A stretch of 62,323 nucleotides of DNA, filler included, from Aduncisulcus paluster (lineage: Eukaryota): assembly GCA_024181965.1 (NCBI GenBank). It is 4 parts of 4 records of this genome, joined end to end, with 100 filler letters (N's around TTAATTAATTAA, not from the genome) between each part and the next. Parts side by side here need not be neighbours in the genome. Positions count along the whole stretch, not along the records: positions 32,209 to 62,323 come from BQXS01009963.1; 3 more parts are not named here. The stretch is one strand, 5' to 3'. The notes under the pieces are model-generated. The model made no database searches, was not told where the DNA came from, and worked only from the letters and a program-made list of their open reading frames with translations. The translations under genes and the position numbers were made by a program. Positions 32,916-44,800 of this stretch are shown piece after piece. Every line of letters begins with the position of its first letter. The stretch's first letter is position 1.

Positions 32916-34775
32916 ATGAGCGAACAATCATCCGTTTACCATTGGAAAGCCCAGCAATCTTTACTCGATGAAGCAAGAGAAGATGCCATGAAAGCTATGG
33001 AAAACCGCTTACATTCCGTTCAAGAACAAACATCTTTATTGAAGAAGAAATACGACTCAGCTTTATCAACAATAATTAAACATGAACGCAAAATAGTTGA
33101 ATTAAATGAAATAATAGAATCTCAAAAGTCTAGAATAAGTATTTCTGAAGAAGAACACAATTCATCTATTTCGATTGAACAAGCCAAAAATCAACAATTA
33201 GTTTCAAAAATAGAGTCATTACGGAAAATGCTAGATGATTTAATGTCGGCACAAAAAGATAAGCCCAAAAAAGTTGAAAAGGATCCCCTGGAAGGTGAAA
33301 TTGGATCTCTAGAAACTAATGAGGAATCTGAAGATTTTCAAGTCTCTGAAGATAAAGAGGATGAAGATAAAGATCTTCCCACATTGATCTCAAAACAGAT
33401 GCATCTTGATATTGTAAAACAAAGAGAGCAAGAAATTGATGCATTGAAAGCTAAGCTTAGTGAAGAGCGTGCCAATTTTGAGGCCAAACTTTCGTCATAT
33501 GTCCCCATTTCAAAGATGCATTCCATGGAGAAATCCCATGGAAATCGCATGAATGCCATGGCCTCTGAAATGTCATCTCTGCATATGAATGTATCGCATT
33601 TAAGAGACGCTCTCAGGCGATCTAGGGAGGCTATATCTGCTTTAACAGAAAAGAATAAGCTCATGAGTACTTCGGCATCGACCAGCAAGGAACATGCCAA
33701 ACAGAGTGATCGTCACACCATGTATATCATGAATGAGCTTGGGAAGGCAAAATCACAGGTATCAATGGCTGAACAGAGGGCTGAAACTCTTGCTCAGAAT
33801 GAGGCACAACTGAAGGCAGCGTTGGCTGCTTCCAAATCTGCTTTGACTGATCTTGAGAAAAAATATTCTGAACAAGCCTCTGGAAGTATGATCTTTGTGA
33901 GTGCTTCCAAAAGGTTAGGTGAACGTGTGAGCGACCTTGAACGTGAGGTCGAGCAATTGAGGAAAGAGAAACTATTAATGAGAGATGCCATCGAGAAGAA
34001 TGAAGCTATGTGCAGGAAAAAAGACAGAGACCATCATGAACAGCTTCTGTCACTCTCTCAGAAAAGTGTTCGGCGAGTGGCTGAAGTCAGAAATGGTAAA
34101 TTTTCCTCAAAAGATCGGTCTGGAGAAACCAATGGAGATGAGCTGTTGGCCGAGGATCTGCTTGATTCTCCATCTCCAACCGATGTTACTTCTTCCCTCG
34201 TCAAAACAGGTGCTATTCTTGTTAAAATCGAACATTTATTAAGTATTGGATATGGCGATACCACCATCATTAGTCCACACATTGATATGTTATTGACACT
34301 CAATTCGTCGCATTCAACGTTTTTCTACGAACTTACATCATCAATCAAAAGGCTTAAGGAACAGAATTGTTCACTTGAGGAGAAAGTAATGCAAAAGGAT
34401 ATTTCTCTGAGTGAAATGGAGGAGAAATACGCCAAAGTCAGGGAAGATCTCACAAAGTCAGAGAGAAGAGCAGAGATTATGATGCTTGGAGCTTGTGATT
34501 CTCAGCGTGAACTGATTCTTGGCGCTTCCAGAGCCTCATCCTCATCAATCCTCCCCCTTGACCGGAAAGAGCATGATACTCCTCGTTTAGTGCCAAGGAG
34601 TGTGCATCATGAAGGTCTAATGAAAGATATGGAAAAATATTCATCTCATATAAAAGTTCAGAGGTCCCACCATCATTCTAAAGCATATTCTGAACTATAC
34701 GACTCAAAAACTACCTCATCTTATGTTCCAACGCCAGGGAAAAGTCCTCAAGCTATGAGAAAGGATAACAAATAG
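32916..34775 (+). CDS. Long coiled-coil hypothetical protein
   Basis: 619-aa ATG-initiated ORF, heptad-rich E/K/L/S composition. Confidence 0.8.
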   Translation: MSEQSSVYHWKAQQSLLDEAREDAMKAMENRLHSVQEQTSLLKKKYDSALSTIIKHERKIVELNEIIESQKSRISISEEEHNSSISIEQAKNQQLVSKIESLRKMLDDLMSAQKDKPKKVEKDPLEGEIGSLETNEESEDFQVSEDKEDEDKDLPTLISKQMHLDIVKQREQEIDALKAKLSEERANFEAKLSSYVPISKMHSMEKSHGNRMNAMASEMSSLHMNVSHLRDALRRSREAISALTEKNKLMSTSASTSKEHAKQSDRHTMYIMNELGKAKSQVSMAEQRAETLAQNEAQLKAALAASKSALTDLEKKYSEQASGSMIFVSASKRLGERVSDLEREVEQLRKEKLLMRDAIEKNEAMCRKKDRDHHEQLLSLSQKSVRRVAEVRNGKFSSKDRSGETNGDELLAEDLLDSPSPTDVTSSLVKTGAILVKIEHLLSIGYGDTTIISPHIDMLLTLNSSHSTFFYELTSSIKRLKEQNCSLEEKVMQKDISLSEMEEKYAKVREDLTKSERRAEIMMLGACDSQRELILGASRASSSSILPLDRKEHDTPRLVPRSVHHEGLMKDMEKYSSHIKVQRSHHHSKAYSELYDSKTTSSYVPTPGKSPQAMRKDNK

Positions 34776-35092
34776 TTTTTAGAATATTAAAGTGAATTTA
34801 GTTAATTTGTATTATAATTTGTGTTGAATATGGACACATTAGCCTTTGTCTTGTAACTATTTTAATCATTGCTTAGTAAATTTAATGCTTTTTTTTGATT
34901 CGTATCGAAAGTTTCGAAAACTTCAAGTTTTCGCCGCGAAAATTTCGCGCTCAGCTAACTCCAGGCTGTGAAATGAAGTAAAAGTAATTTTGTCAATATT
35001 TTCATAATAAAACTTATTTTTAAACATTTTTTGTTGTTAATTACTTGAAACCCAGCCATTATTTGAAGTTTTCGTTTTGGGGGATAACTATA

Positions 35093-36385
35093 ATGGGGGG
35101 AAAGAATAGTACACCCTTCATTAATGAAGAAATTAATCCAATTCCCCTTGTTACATGTTGTGATTCATTTGAAACCACTCGTTCAACTCCTTCAGTAACA
35201 AGTGATTGTTCTGATAGTTCATTAGCAGTTACGAGTTCATATTGTAAAAATCCTTCAAGTTTATACTTCTTATCAACATTATCTCACATTTATCAGAGAG
35301 GAACTATTGGTACTGGTGGTCTTGGCGAAACTTGCATTGTTCATGTTGATGGTATTGAAAATCCCTGTGTGTTTAAGAAATTGATCAAGCGAGGAAGTTC
35401 TAAGGTAATTGATCTTTCTAAAGTGAGTTTTTTCTTGATGGTCGAACTTTATTCCAATCCCTCGTGTTTACATCGGATTCCCCGACCTCTATTCTTTTTT
35501 AACAATTGTTCTGAGCAGGTTGATGGTGTTTTAGGATACATTACAGAATTTTGTGAAGGAGGAAATATTCAAGATTTTGTTAAATATTGGTGTATTGAAA
35601 ATGTGGTTTTTCTGAAACCATTGATGGAAGAGGATGAAGAAGAAGATTCTGATATTCTTGATTCATCTGATGATGAAGATTCCCTTGATTCTCTTTCATT
35701 AAATCCTCTTAAAGTCTGTTCGTTATGTGTTGGTATGATTGAATGTCTTGATGATATTTTGATTGCCAAACCACAGTTCATTCATAGAAATATCAAACCA
35801 GAGAACTTTCTTGTTCGGATTGATCATGAATCTCGGGCGTGTGATATTGTTCTTGATGGGATTGGATTAGATTCCCTCCAAGAAGCTGTTGCATTATCAC
35901 CAGAATCTGAAAGCTATTTCCCTTTTACTGAAAGTGATAATCCTCTTGATCGACTGAGTTTATACACAACTCAGTCTTGGTATTATTATGCTCCAGAGGC
36001 CTTTGATGGTGTTTTTTCACAATCGAGTGATGCTTATTCTCTTGGAATGGCCATGTTATCTATCTTCCTGCAAAAGGTTCCTTATTGTGGACATCCCATT
36101 TTAATGCGGAGCTCTCGTCCTAGTGATTTCAAATATGTTATTGAACATGGAATGGGTCCAAAAATAGATCATTTTCCGATATTCAAGTCCCTTGAAACAA
36201 TGGAAGATGGAAAGTATTTATCTGTATATCAATGCTTTAAAGGAATATTTAGGGAGTTTCTTAACGTTAAACCAAGTGCGAGACTATCCATTCGCGATGC
36301 AAGAGAGAGGGTTCAAAGTATCAAAGATTTGTTGCCTGTGTTGGGTGAGGGTTGGAAGTTTTTTCGACCATCTGAGCTCAAGTAG
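35093..36385 (+). CDS. Protein kinase-like protein, probable pseudokinase, with N-myristoylation motif
   Basis: IGTGGLGE (Gly loop), VFKK, EFCEGG, IHRNIKPENFLV (HRD>HRN), LDGIG in place of DFG, YAPE, SDAYSLG, PSARL. First ATG gives MGGKNS. Confidence 0.85.
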   Translation: MGGKNSTPFINEEINPIPLVTCCDSFETTRSTPSVTSDCSDSSLAVTSSYCKNPSSLYFLSTLSHIYQRGTIGTGGLGETCIVHVDGIENPCVFKKLIKRGSSKVIDLSKVSFFLMVELYSNPSCLHRIPRPLFFFNNCSEQVDGVLGYITEFCEGGNIQDFVKYWCIENVVFLKPLMEEDEEEDSDILDSSDDEDSLDSLSLNPLKVCSLCVGMIECLDDILIAKPQFIHRNIKPENFLVRIDHESRACDIVLDGIGLDSLQEAVALSPESESYFPFTESDNPLDRLSLYTTQSWYYYAPEAFDGVFSQSSDAYSLGMAMLSIFLQKVPYCGHPILMRSSRPSDFKYVIEHGMGPKIDHFPIFKSLETMEDGKYLSVYQCFKGIFREFLNVKPSARLSIRDARERVQSIKDLLPVLGEGWKFFRPSELK

Positions 36386-37137
36386 ACGTATGTTTGAGAG
36401 AGGAGGGATTATTGTTTCAAAAATATATCTTCCTTTTGCTGAATTTTTGATGAATAAAGTTGATTTTCTTGATCTATCCGTGAATCTTGAAGATTTTGTG
36501 AAAAGGATCAACTTGATCAAGGTGTTGGTTGTAAGGAAGTGATAAAACATCACTATAATGCCAGAGAAATATTTTCTCTTGAAACCTCTTTCAGAATTCA
36601 AAACAATACCATTCAATTTAAGGAGAATATGTCCACATGACAATTTATTTATTGATGGAATGAATTTGATCGATAAAGTTCATACATCCGATATTCTGGT
36701 TAATTGCTCCCCAAATATAAGATAACAAAACATAAAATGCAGTATTAAAATACTACACTCGAGAAAAGATTGCAAAGAGAGAAATATCCTAACAAGAAGG
36801 ATGATAATAGTGAAATATGAGCTGAAAAACATTCCAAAACAATAATAAAAGGGACATTTAGATGAAATATGATGATTTAAAGAACCCCAAATCTATTTTT
36901 AGATTCTCTATTTTTAGAATTCCTATCACTGTTTTTTCAGCAAATGAAATATTTTGCTTGTACAATGCAAATATAGCATGAAAGAAGTTAAAATATCTAC
37001 GTTTTGTCGGTAATTTGAACAAAATGTCGATTCACAAATAACAAAAATTTCGCAAAACAAAAAATAAGCAAATGTTAACAAAAATTATATCAATAAATAA
37101 GGACACATTAAAGAATCCTTGGCGTTTTTCGATTGAA

Positions 37138-38306
37138 TTATTCGGATAATATCTCTGTTTTCTTGTTCTTTTTAATGCGAAGAATCAATCGAGGACAATT
37201 CAACGGAACAGTTACAAACAAAGACATCAAAGAAAATATGGCAAGATACTCAAGTACTGCAACAACGTCCCAATATGAATCATATGTAAAGAATATGTTT
37301 GCTTTATAAATGATTGTGACAATAATGAAAATTCCGACCATAATTATTGGGGCCAGAAGAAAGCCTTTTCGCCATGAATAAAGCTTAGAAAAATATTTTC
37401 TTTTTGCAAAAATATCATGAGGAAGCGTATTTGATTCATTTGAAACCGAAGATGCTTCGTCTACGACTTCAAATCTTTCAAGCATAATTTCCTGAGAAGC
37501 ACCAGATGGCAAAGGATATAGCAGCTGTAACCTTTTTTTGGTGTCATAAACAAAGTAGAAAGATGCAGATAGGNNNNNNNNNNNNNNNNNNNNCAATATG
37601 AATCATATGTAAAGAATATGTTTGCTTTATAAATGATTGTGACAATAATGAAAATTCCGACCATAATTATTGGGGCCAGAAGAAAGCCTTTTCGCCATGA
37701 ATAAAGCTTAGAAAAATATTTTCTTTTTGCAAAAATATCATGAGGAAGCGTATTTGATTCATTTGAAACCGAAGATGCTTCGTCTACGACTTCAAATCTT
37801 TCAAGCATAATTTCCTGAGAAGCACCAGATGGCAAAGGATATAGCAGCTGTAACCTTTTTTTGGTGTCATAAACAAAGTAGAAAGATGCAGATAGGCTTG
37901 TAATTGCAAAAAACAGAACTGACATATTATGGAGAGAAGGATAACCAAAGTAATATAATACACCAAGACACATCAAAAATACCATACAAGCAAAAAATAA
38001 ACCAACTAAAAGTCGAAATATCGAATGAGATTTGATAATACCCTTGTCAACCGAGTCAAAAAGAACCATTACAGATGGTGCAATAATACAAGAGCTTACC
38101 ATTGAAATCCCGACGGAAAATATAGATATACTTATAGGGAATTCCGGATAGGCTGTTTCACTGAGTGTAAACAACTCCCATGTGCGTTCAGGATTCAAAT
38201 CATTATAAAACCAAGAATTAAGGAGTAGTATACATATAAATAACACAAATATAATAATATATGTGCTTTGAATGTATTTAACAGATAAAATAATTTGTTT
38301 TGTCAT
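37138..38306 (-). CDS. Multi-pass membrane protein (about 281 aa after removing the artefactual duplication 37271-37573 / 37594-37896)
   Basis: Two ORF-track pieces overlap by a 303-bp repeat around N20. Removing 323 nt gives one 846-nt frame with about 6 hydrophobic segments. Confidence 0.75.
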
Positions 38307-38500
38307 TCTATAGCGATGATGACAAAAAATCAAGATATTCTTGCATCACAAATATTATTTATCCCCATTATAATTTAAATTATCATTAAACATCATTTAG
38401 TTATAATTTACACCATCTATTTGATTTCTATTCAATTTTTTCTCTCATATTTCGTCACAATCTAGATATCTGTTGATATCTACCTTGAATTGTATTACAA

Positions 38501-41500
38501 ATGTCACAAAATAATCATATATTATGTAAAGCTATTGAAGATCGAATGACAGATCTGCAACAGAAACAGAAACTCTTTGCAGAAGAAAGAAGACGGTTAG
38601 AGCTTGTTTTACAAAATTCTACATCTGTTCAACGAGCTAAAATGGCTGCAAAACGTCGCTACAAGAAGTCAGGTGAGCTTACTCCATTTACTATGTCACT
38701 TCCTCCTGTTCTACCTAAGAAACCAATTCCATCACGGGGAAAGAAAAAAAGGGAGTTGCAAAAGAATGTGGTAAAATCAGACTTGTCAATATTTAAAACT
38801 AAATCGTCCATGTCTGGGCCTAAAACCACAGCTATTGATGAACCCGAACCTGAATCTGTCGTTCAGATCCGTCGCCATGATATCGTCAATGGTCGAGTGA
38901 ATTTCATATGTCCACGGTCGACTGTATGTGCTCCTCAGCGTCCTCGTGATATTTCATCGGTAGTTGATCGGATAAGGTTGGATGGTTCAGGATTTTCTCC
39001 ACCCCCAGTGAGTGATCCTGCTCCTATTCTCCATCTTGAGGATCATTTCGACTTTGTTCGAGAGTTTGTGAAAGATAGCGCACACTTAAAATCACTTGCT
39101 TCAAAACTTACGATGCGAATGCGAACCTTCTATCTCCACCAGAGATTATTGGCCGAGTTTAATCATCGAGTGATTTCACATTATGAATATATGCAAAAAC
39201 AGCAAAAACTGACAAAAAATCCAACAACCCGGAAAGAATTGAAGGCAGCTCGTCCAGATATTGAGAGACTATGGTCCTCCCGTCTTTTGTATCTTGGAGA
39301 AGATCGCATGTGCACTCCCATAAAACAACTTCTGGGCGTTGTCCTTCCTCGACAGTGTACTTATAATATGTATGGTTCAATCCCCAAGCATCCCAATTCG
39401 GTATATAAATCAACAATAACGAAAGCTGATTCCATATCAATTAAAGCCACCGTCTCAATGTCCACACTTCGAGCTCTCTCAAAAACCCAAGGCAACGGCA
39501 TTGAACTTTCATCGTTTGATCATAGCCACCGTTCAGCCTCGTCTACCTCATTTTTTTCTCAGACTATTCGAAGGACCACTCCAAGTAGGTTGAAATCCTC
39601 TTCAATTCTTAGTACATACCGTGAAAATAATTCTAAGATCCCAGTTCTTCCTTTCCTTCGTTCCAAAACCATATCTGAAAGAGAGAAAAGTGGTACTTAT
39701 TCTTCCCAACCTTTTGGAGGAAATGGAACGTCGAAGACTAAACAACAACCAAGCTTTGGACCATCATTCCGTTCAAAATCGTCCCTAGCTTCTTCTTTCC
39801 GCCATCAAGATGGTCTTGAGCTTAAGATGGCAGATTTGGCTGTTCCAAGAAAAGCACAAGATGATACTCAGATAACCCCAAGGTCGAAATACCCTTCAGC
39901 AGCCGCTAGAGCCGTTTCTATAACGAATGAGTCATTTCGTATTGGTATGACACATCCTAGTGTGCCCAAGATATCAGTCTCGAGTGTCCACAAGACGAAG
40001 TATCCTGAGGTTGACACAGGGTCAGATAGTACTAACCCTGATAAGACTAAAGCTACTGGTCATACCCCGAAGACTTCACTATCATCCCTCACTTCCCCGG
40101 CATTCAATTCAAATATCAGAGTACAGATGGTTGCCGTGTCAATAATCGAACGCTGGTGGAAGCAAGAAATGGATCTAAGGATGGAAGAAATGGGATCTCC
40201 CGCTAGTGTTCCACCGATGTCAACTCTTGGGTCCTGTCTTCTCCCATTGCTCCCACACACACGCACAGAGCTCATTGTTAGAAGGTCCTTCAATCCAGCA
40301 CGGGGTAGAGATGTGTCTACAGCTACAAAATGCATGTGTGAAGGACGCAAAGCACGAATACAGTACAGTATGCCAACAAAACCACAAGGGAAAAGTGTTT
40401 CCGCATTCTCGCGCTCTCTTGGGGTCAACATGGAGCAAAAAGATCTTAGAATTGATGATTTAACTAGAAGATCTCCTTCTGTTTCACAAGATAAATATAG
40501 ACTTGAGAAAGAAGAAGAAATTGAAGCTTCTCTCGTCCCTCCCTCAGCTTCACATTTACAGAGCAATTTGTTCAATACCGTTGTATCTCCTTCCATTTCC
40601 CAGCCTACCTTTGTCACAGAATCTCCTTCCAAAGAGCCCCCACCAACCTCATCCCCTCTTCTTTCTCATGCACATTCATCACATGTGGGTGTTGACAAAA
40701 AGATAGCGTCTATCTTGAATGTTTCTCATATCAAACACCGTTCCCCCAAAAAGAAATATTTCCACCCTTCCTTCCATCACATATGCAGTGCTCAATTTTC
40801 ATGGATGCTCATGGATTTCCAAAGAGGATTGCTACAAGCGAAGACAGTTATGCCAGGTACCGATAAACTTGAATCACGCTCCTCTGTGTCCGGTATTGCC
40901 GGTGACTTGTCCTCATCACGAGCTTCCAGTCGAAGTGCAAACTCTGGTCGTCTCAATTCATCCAGAACTGACAGTACTGCTCCTGTCCCTGCCCTTCAAT
41001 TCACCAATAGATCATCTTCAGAGTTCGAAGGCACCCTTGTACACACAGCTCGAGTTGTTAAATCCCATGCCATGGCTCGCCGGAAAGGAGATCCTTCCAT
41101 CCCACGTTCTTCACGATCACGCTCTAGACATCGTAAACTCCAACGTAAATCGCTCTCAAATACCCCTCGTAGTCCCAGTATTAACCCCTATGTTCGACAT
41201 TTACCTAGGTGTCACAAGTACTTGTGGAGACCCTGTCCAATCGTATTTGCTCCTCAGATGAAGGAATTGAGCATCATTTTCGGTGGATTTTGGTGTGCTT
41301 TCAAAGCAATTGAAGCTCTCAAAGAGAAGAAAGGAAAGTTGTCACAGGCTGTGGAAGCTGCTCTCGAACTCCAGATTGCCGAAGCCGAAGCAGGGCAACG
41401 AGAGTGGTCAGGTTGTTATCAGCCGTGGAAAGAATACTCAGCCGTTGTCTTTCCCCTTTCATTTCAAGGTTATTCATACTCAGGAAGCTCGAAAGAGAAA

Positions 41501-41686
41501 AAGCATGACTATCGAAAATTGTTATACCAGCTTCAGAAGGATATGATCTTGAACGCAAAAAAAGAAGAAATGGAAAAACATGTGTCTCGTGCAAAACATA
41601 CAAGTATGTCACACTATTTGGCTGCCATCAGACACCGTAGAGATGCCAAACTTGTTCAACAGTTGCTTAAAGAACAGGAATTTTAG
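38501..41686 (+). CDS. Hypothetical basic Ser/Arg-rich protein
   Basis: 1061-aa ATG-initiated ORF. One IQ-like segment (AVSIIERWWK); no other recognisable domain. Confidence 0.8.
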   Translation: MSQNNHILCKAIEDRMTDLQQKQKLFAEERRRLELVLQNSTSVQRAKMAAKRRYKKSGELTPFTMSLPPVLPKKPIPSRGKKKRELQKNVVKSDLSIFKTKSSMSGPKTTAIDEPEPESVVQIRRHDIVNGRVNFICPRSTVCAPQRPRDISSVVDRIRLDGSGFSPPPVSDPAPILHLEDHFDFVREFVKDSAHLKSLASKLTMRMRTFYLHQRLLAEFNHRVISHYEYMQKQQKLTKNPTTRKELKAARPDIERLWSSRLLYLGEDRMCTPIKQLLGVVLPRQCTYNMYGSIPKHPNSVYKSTITKADSISIKATVSMSTLRALSKTQGNGIELSSFDHSHRSASSTSFFSQTIRRTTPSRLKSSSILSTYRENNSKIPVLPFLRSKTISEREKSGTYSSQPFGGNGTSKTKQQPSFGPSFRSKSSLASSFRHQDGLELKMADLAVPRKAQDDTQITPRSKYPSAAARAVSITNESFRIGMTHPSVPKISVSSVHKTKYPEVDTGSDSTNPDKTKATGHTPKTSLSSLTSPAFNSNIRVQMVAVSIIERWWKQEMDLRMEEMGSPASVPPMSTLGSCLLPLLPHTRTELIVRRSFNPARGRDVSTATKCMCEGRKARIQYSMPTKPQGKSVSAFSRSLGVNMEQKDLRIDDLTRRSPSVSQDKYRLEKEEEIEASLVPPSASHLQSNLFNTVVSPSISQPTFVTESPSKEPPPTSSPLLSHAHSSHVGVDKKIASILNVSHIKHRSPKKKYFHPSFHHICSAQFSWMLMDFQRGLLQAKTVMPGTDKLESRSSVSGIAGDLSSSRASSRSANSGRLNSSRTDSTAPVPALQFTNRSSSEFEGTLVHTARVVKSHAMARRKGDPSIPRSSRSRSRHRKLQRKSLSNTPRSPSINPYVRHLPRCHKYLWRPCPIVFAPQMKELSIIFGGFWCAFKAIEALKEKKGKLSQAVEAALELQIAEAEAGQREWSGCYQPWKEYSAVVFPLSFQGYSYSGSSKEKKHDYRKLLYQLQKDMILNAKKEEMEKHVSRAKHTSMSHYLAAIRHRRDAKLVQQLLKEQEF

Positions 41687-41827
41687 ATATTTTAGATATT
41701 CTATTTTTAGATATTCTATTTTTATTATTATTTGGAAACAACAGGAAAAGATCACAGTTACTCTTTCCGTCACAGTGAATGAATCATATTCATTGAACAA
41801 TAAAAGGTATTTGAATTAGATTAATAA

Positions 41828-44800
41828 TTATTTCAGCTCCTCGAAGGCACCCTCAAGATGTCTACGCAGAGTCTTAAGACCCGCTTTCAGCTCATCATCA
41901 TCAATGAGTTGTTCAATGCACTTGTTAAGTTGGAATGCCATAGAAATAAGGTTGCTGTGATCCCTTCTTTTTGCCGCACTCTCACGAACCATAAAGTCCT
42001 TTTCATCGAGTTTAAGCCCAATGGAAACAACAACGAATGCAGAAATGAGCGAGAATACACGATATACACTCTCGGAAGCCGTGTCACGAACGCCACTCTT
42101 TGCCAAGCTCTGCAAACGACGGATAGAAGCCTTCACTCCACTCTCCACACCACGGGTAACAGAGCAACCACACACATACACACACCCGCGAAGAATTCCC
42201 TCGAGAATATTATAAAGAGGGATCAACCTCCGTTCAGAATCACGCACACGGCGAATGACATTATGAATCCTCCTTCCACACTCTCCATATTTTGTGATAC
42301 TGTCCTCCTTGGATTCCTGGAGAACGTACTTATCACATTCACTAATGATGTAATCAACAGGGAGTAAGTGGGTAAACATAAGAGTTTTGGAAGACGATTG
42401 AGGCAAGTGGAGCACAAGGTAAGGATAGAACTGGTCAAACAGACGGTACATGAAGAAGAGCACATCCTCAACAGCATCACAACATGGGATAGTATCCATT
42501 TTATGTTCAATGTACATGCGCCACGAGGAACGAATCAGTTTTAGTTTCTCAGATCTATTCTGGGCATCGGAGAGAAGTTCTTCTTCCGAGATAGTTTTGT
42601 ACTTCTTTGTTCTCATCTGATCTTCCTCCATATCTTCGCCTAAATGAGTGAGCATCATCAACGCAGAGGCATCAAATCCGTCAGTCGTGGATGCAAGGGA
42701 ATGAGCAGTTCCGGAAGGTTCCAACATTCGAGTGATTGCAGAGGAACCACCATCCCTCATACAAGAGTTGATAAATGCCCCGTCAACCATTCCACAGACA
42801 AAGACGCATGCGAGAAGATGCTCGTATTCGAGTGTTCTATAACAGATATCAGCCAGGAAGGAAGGGGGCAGTGGAAGTTTGTTAAGAAGAAGCAGCAGCG
42901 AAGATGACATAAATATAGAAGCATTCATCTTGCAGAATAAATCATGTTGAACCTCAGCACAAGCACTTACGTTGTACATATGAACACGAAGCTTACGCAT
43001 CTCGTCAGACTCGGTCTCTACACAACTTCCAACCGTAATAGAAGTCCCCATTCCAACACGATGCACGTGGGAAGACATACGTAATGTCGATGACAACCGG
43101 GATGTTTTCTCATCATACACAGCCCACTCTCTCTCACCATACTCAAGCATGTACTGGACAAGTTGAAGGAGAATATAACGTTGCTCAATAGAAGATGGGA
43201 TGCAAGCACCGGCAACAATGTTCGCACTAGCAAGATTACGACGGATTTGTTGAAGAGAACCCTTGAATGGCTCATCTGAGGAGTAGTCGGCACTAATGAC
43301 CACTCTTTCACTTTCATTTCCGTGTTTTGTTTGCTTCGTTTTCTTCCCATGACAACATTCTTCCTCCTCCTCCTCATCTTTTGCACTCAAATCAGCATCA
43401 CCCCCCCCGAATCCAATGTCTTCTTCCTCTTCCTCTACATCTTCGAGAGACATTCCGAACCAATCCAACAAATATGTTAAGATAGAAATGTCACATTCAG
43501 TGAAAAAGGTGCTAACACTGTTCTCAATAGCATTGTTGACAGCTCTTTCTGTCTCTAATTCGATCTCCTCAGTATGTTTCTGTGTCAATAGAGGGGAAGA
43601 GAAGGATTTTCCTTGCACAACATTGTCTGATACGCTGAGACCATTCAACAGAGAGTGACCACATAGTTCCACACACAAGCTAGCCTGACTTTCCTCTTCT
43701 TTGCCCCATATGCACTTCAAGAGAAGCTCCAAACTCTCCTTGAAACGCCCAGATCGCCAGAGACATACACACAAAGTGAATAAGGAGCAAGCAGAAGATA
43801 CAGTCTCTGGGAATGAGCTCAACAAAGCCGAAGAAGAGATGTTAGAGAGGTAAATATCGTGGGCAAGATACTCGGCGACGGAAGAATGGGTCATGAGTCC
43901 CTCGCAGATACCCAATAGACACTCCTCCTCAATCCCACATTCAACAAGGGCAAGATGGTGGAATGGACATTCAGATGAACACAACGAAGCAGCGAACAGA
44001 GCCTTAATCTCTCCAACGCCAGACTGATGCTTCCTTTCCATCAAAGACGGATGTCTCATTAACATATATCCAATAACGGACACAACACCAGGGCGAGAGA
44101 AATACTGCGTAAGAAAGGGAGCTGGAGTATCATCTCCTTCTCCCTCTTCCTCGACTTCATTTTTACCCAAAGAAGATCCGGAAAAACGAGAGGCTGGCTC
44201 AAATATAGCAGTTCGAAGCTCATCGTGAAAATCACTAACAGAGGGTGAGGAAACAGAGGGCGATGAATGAGAGGAATGAGAAGAAGACGAAAATAGATCG
44301 GTTGTGGAAGGTTTCTGTGACTTCTTGGGAGAAAGAGACAAATTAACACTTTCTGATTGAGCCTTAGAAATATCTTTTTCGACAGCCAATCCTTCATTTT
44401 TCAGCACATCGAGAGCAATCTTGATAGCAAAATGAACTAACAATTCCCACTGTCCACTCTTCTTCTTCATAGACACATCTTCTGAGGCAGCGAGAGGAGA
44501 TTCACTGTGCCTCCGTTTGTCAGTCCCCTCTTCCCCTTCTCCGTGATCTTCATCCTCAGACTCAGAATGCAAAGAACTAAGGAATTCCTCCTCTTTCTTC
44601 CTCTCCTTGGCTTCGTTTTCCCTAGAAGTCTTCTCAGAAATTATGACATTCAAAGCCTGGTGCAACAGAACAGAGCAACCAAGACTGCATATCCTGGCAT
44701 CTCTCAGGGCCCGGTGCGAGTATCCAAACACCGCAGCCTTCTCAAAGTCATAGACAAGCGAGATAATCAGTGGGAGCAGACAAGGAAGAGACATCATCGG

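Noticed and set aside
34928-34950. TTTTCGC-C-GCGAAAA dyad plus TTTCGCGC (E2F-like site) upstream of the pseudokinase
   Set aside because: Single short occurrence with no supporting conservation; cannot be distinguished from chance.
36386-36720. Short protein-like frames after the kinase stop
   Set aside because: Interrupted by stops and no recognisable motif.
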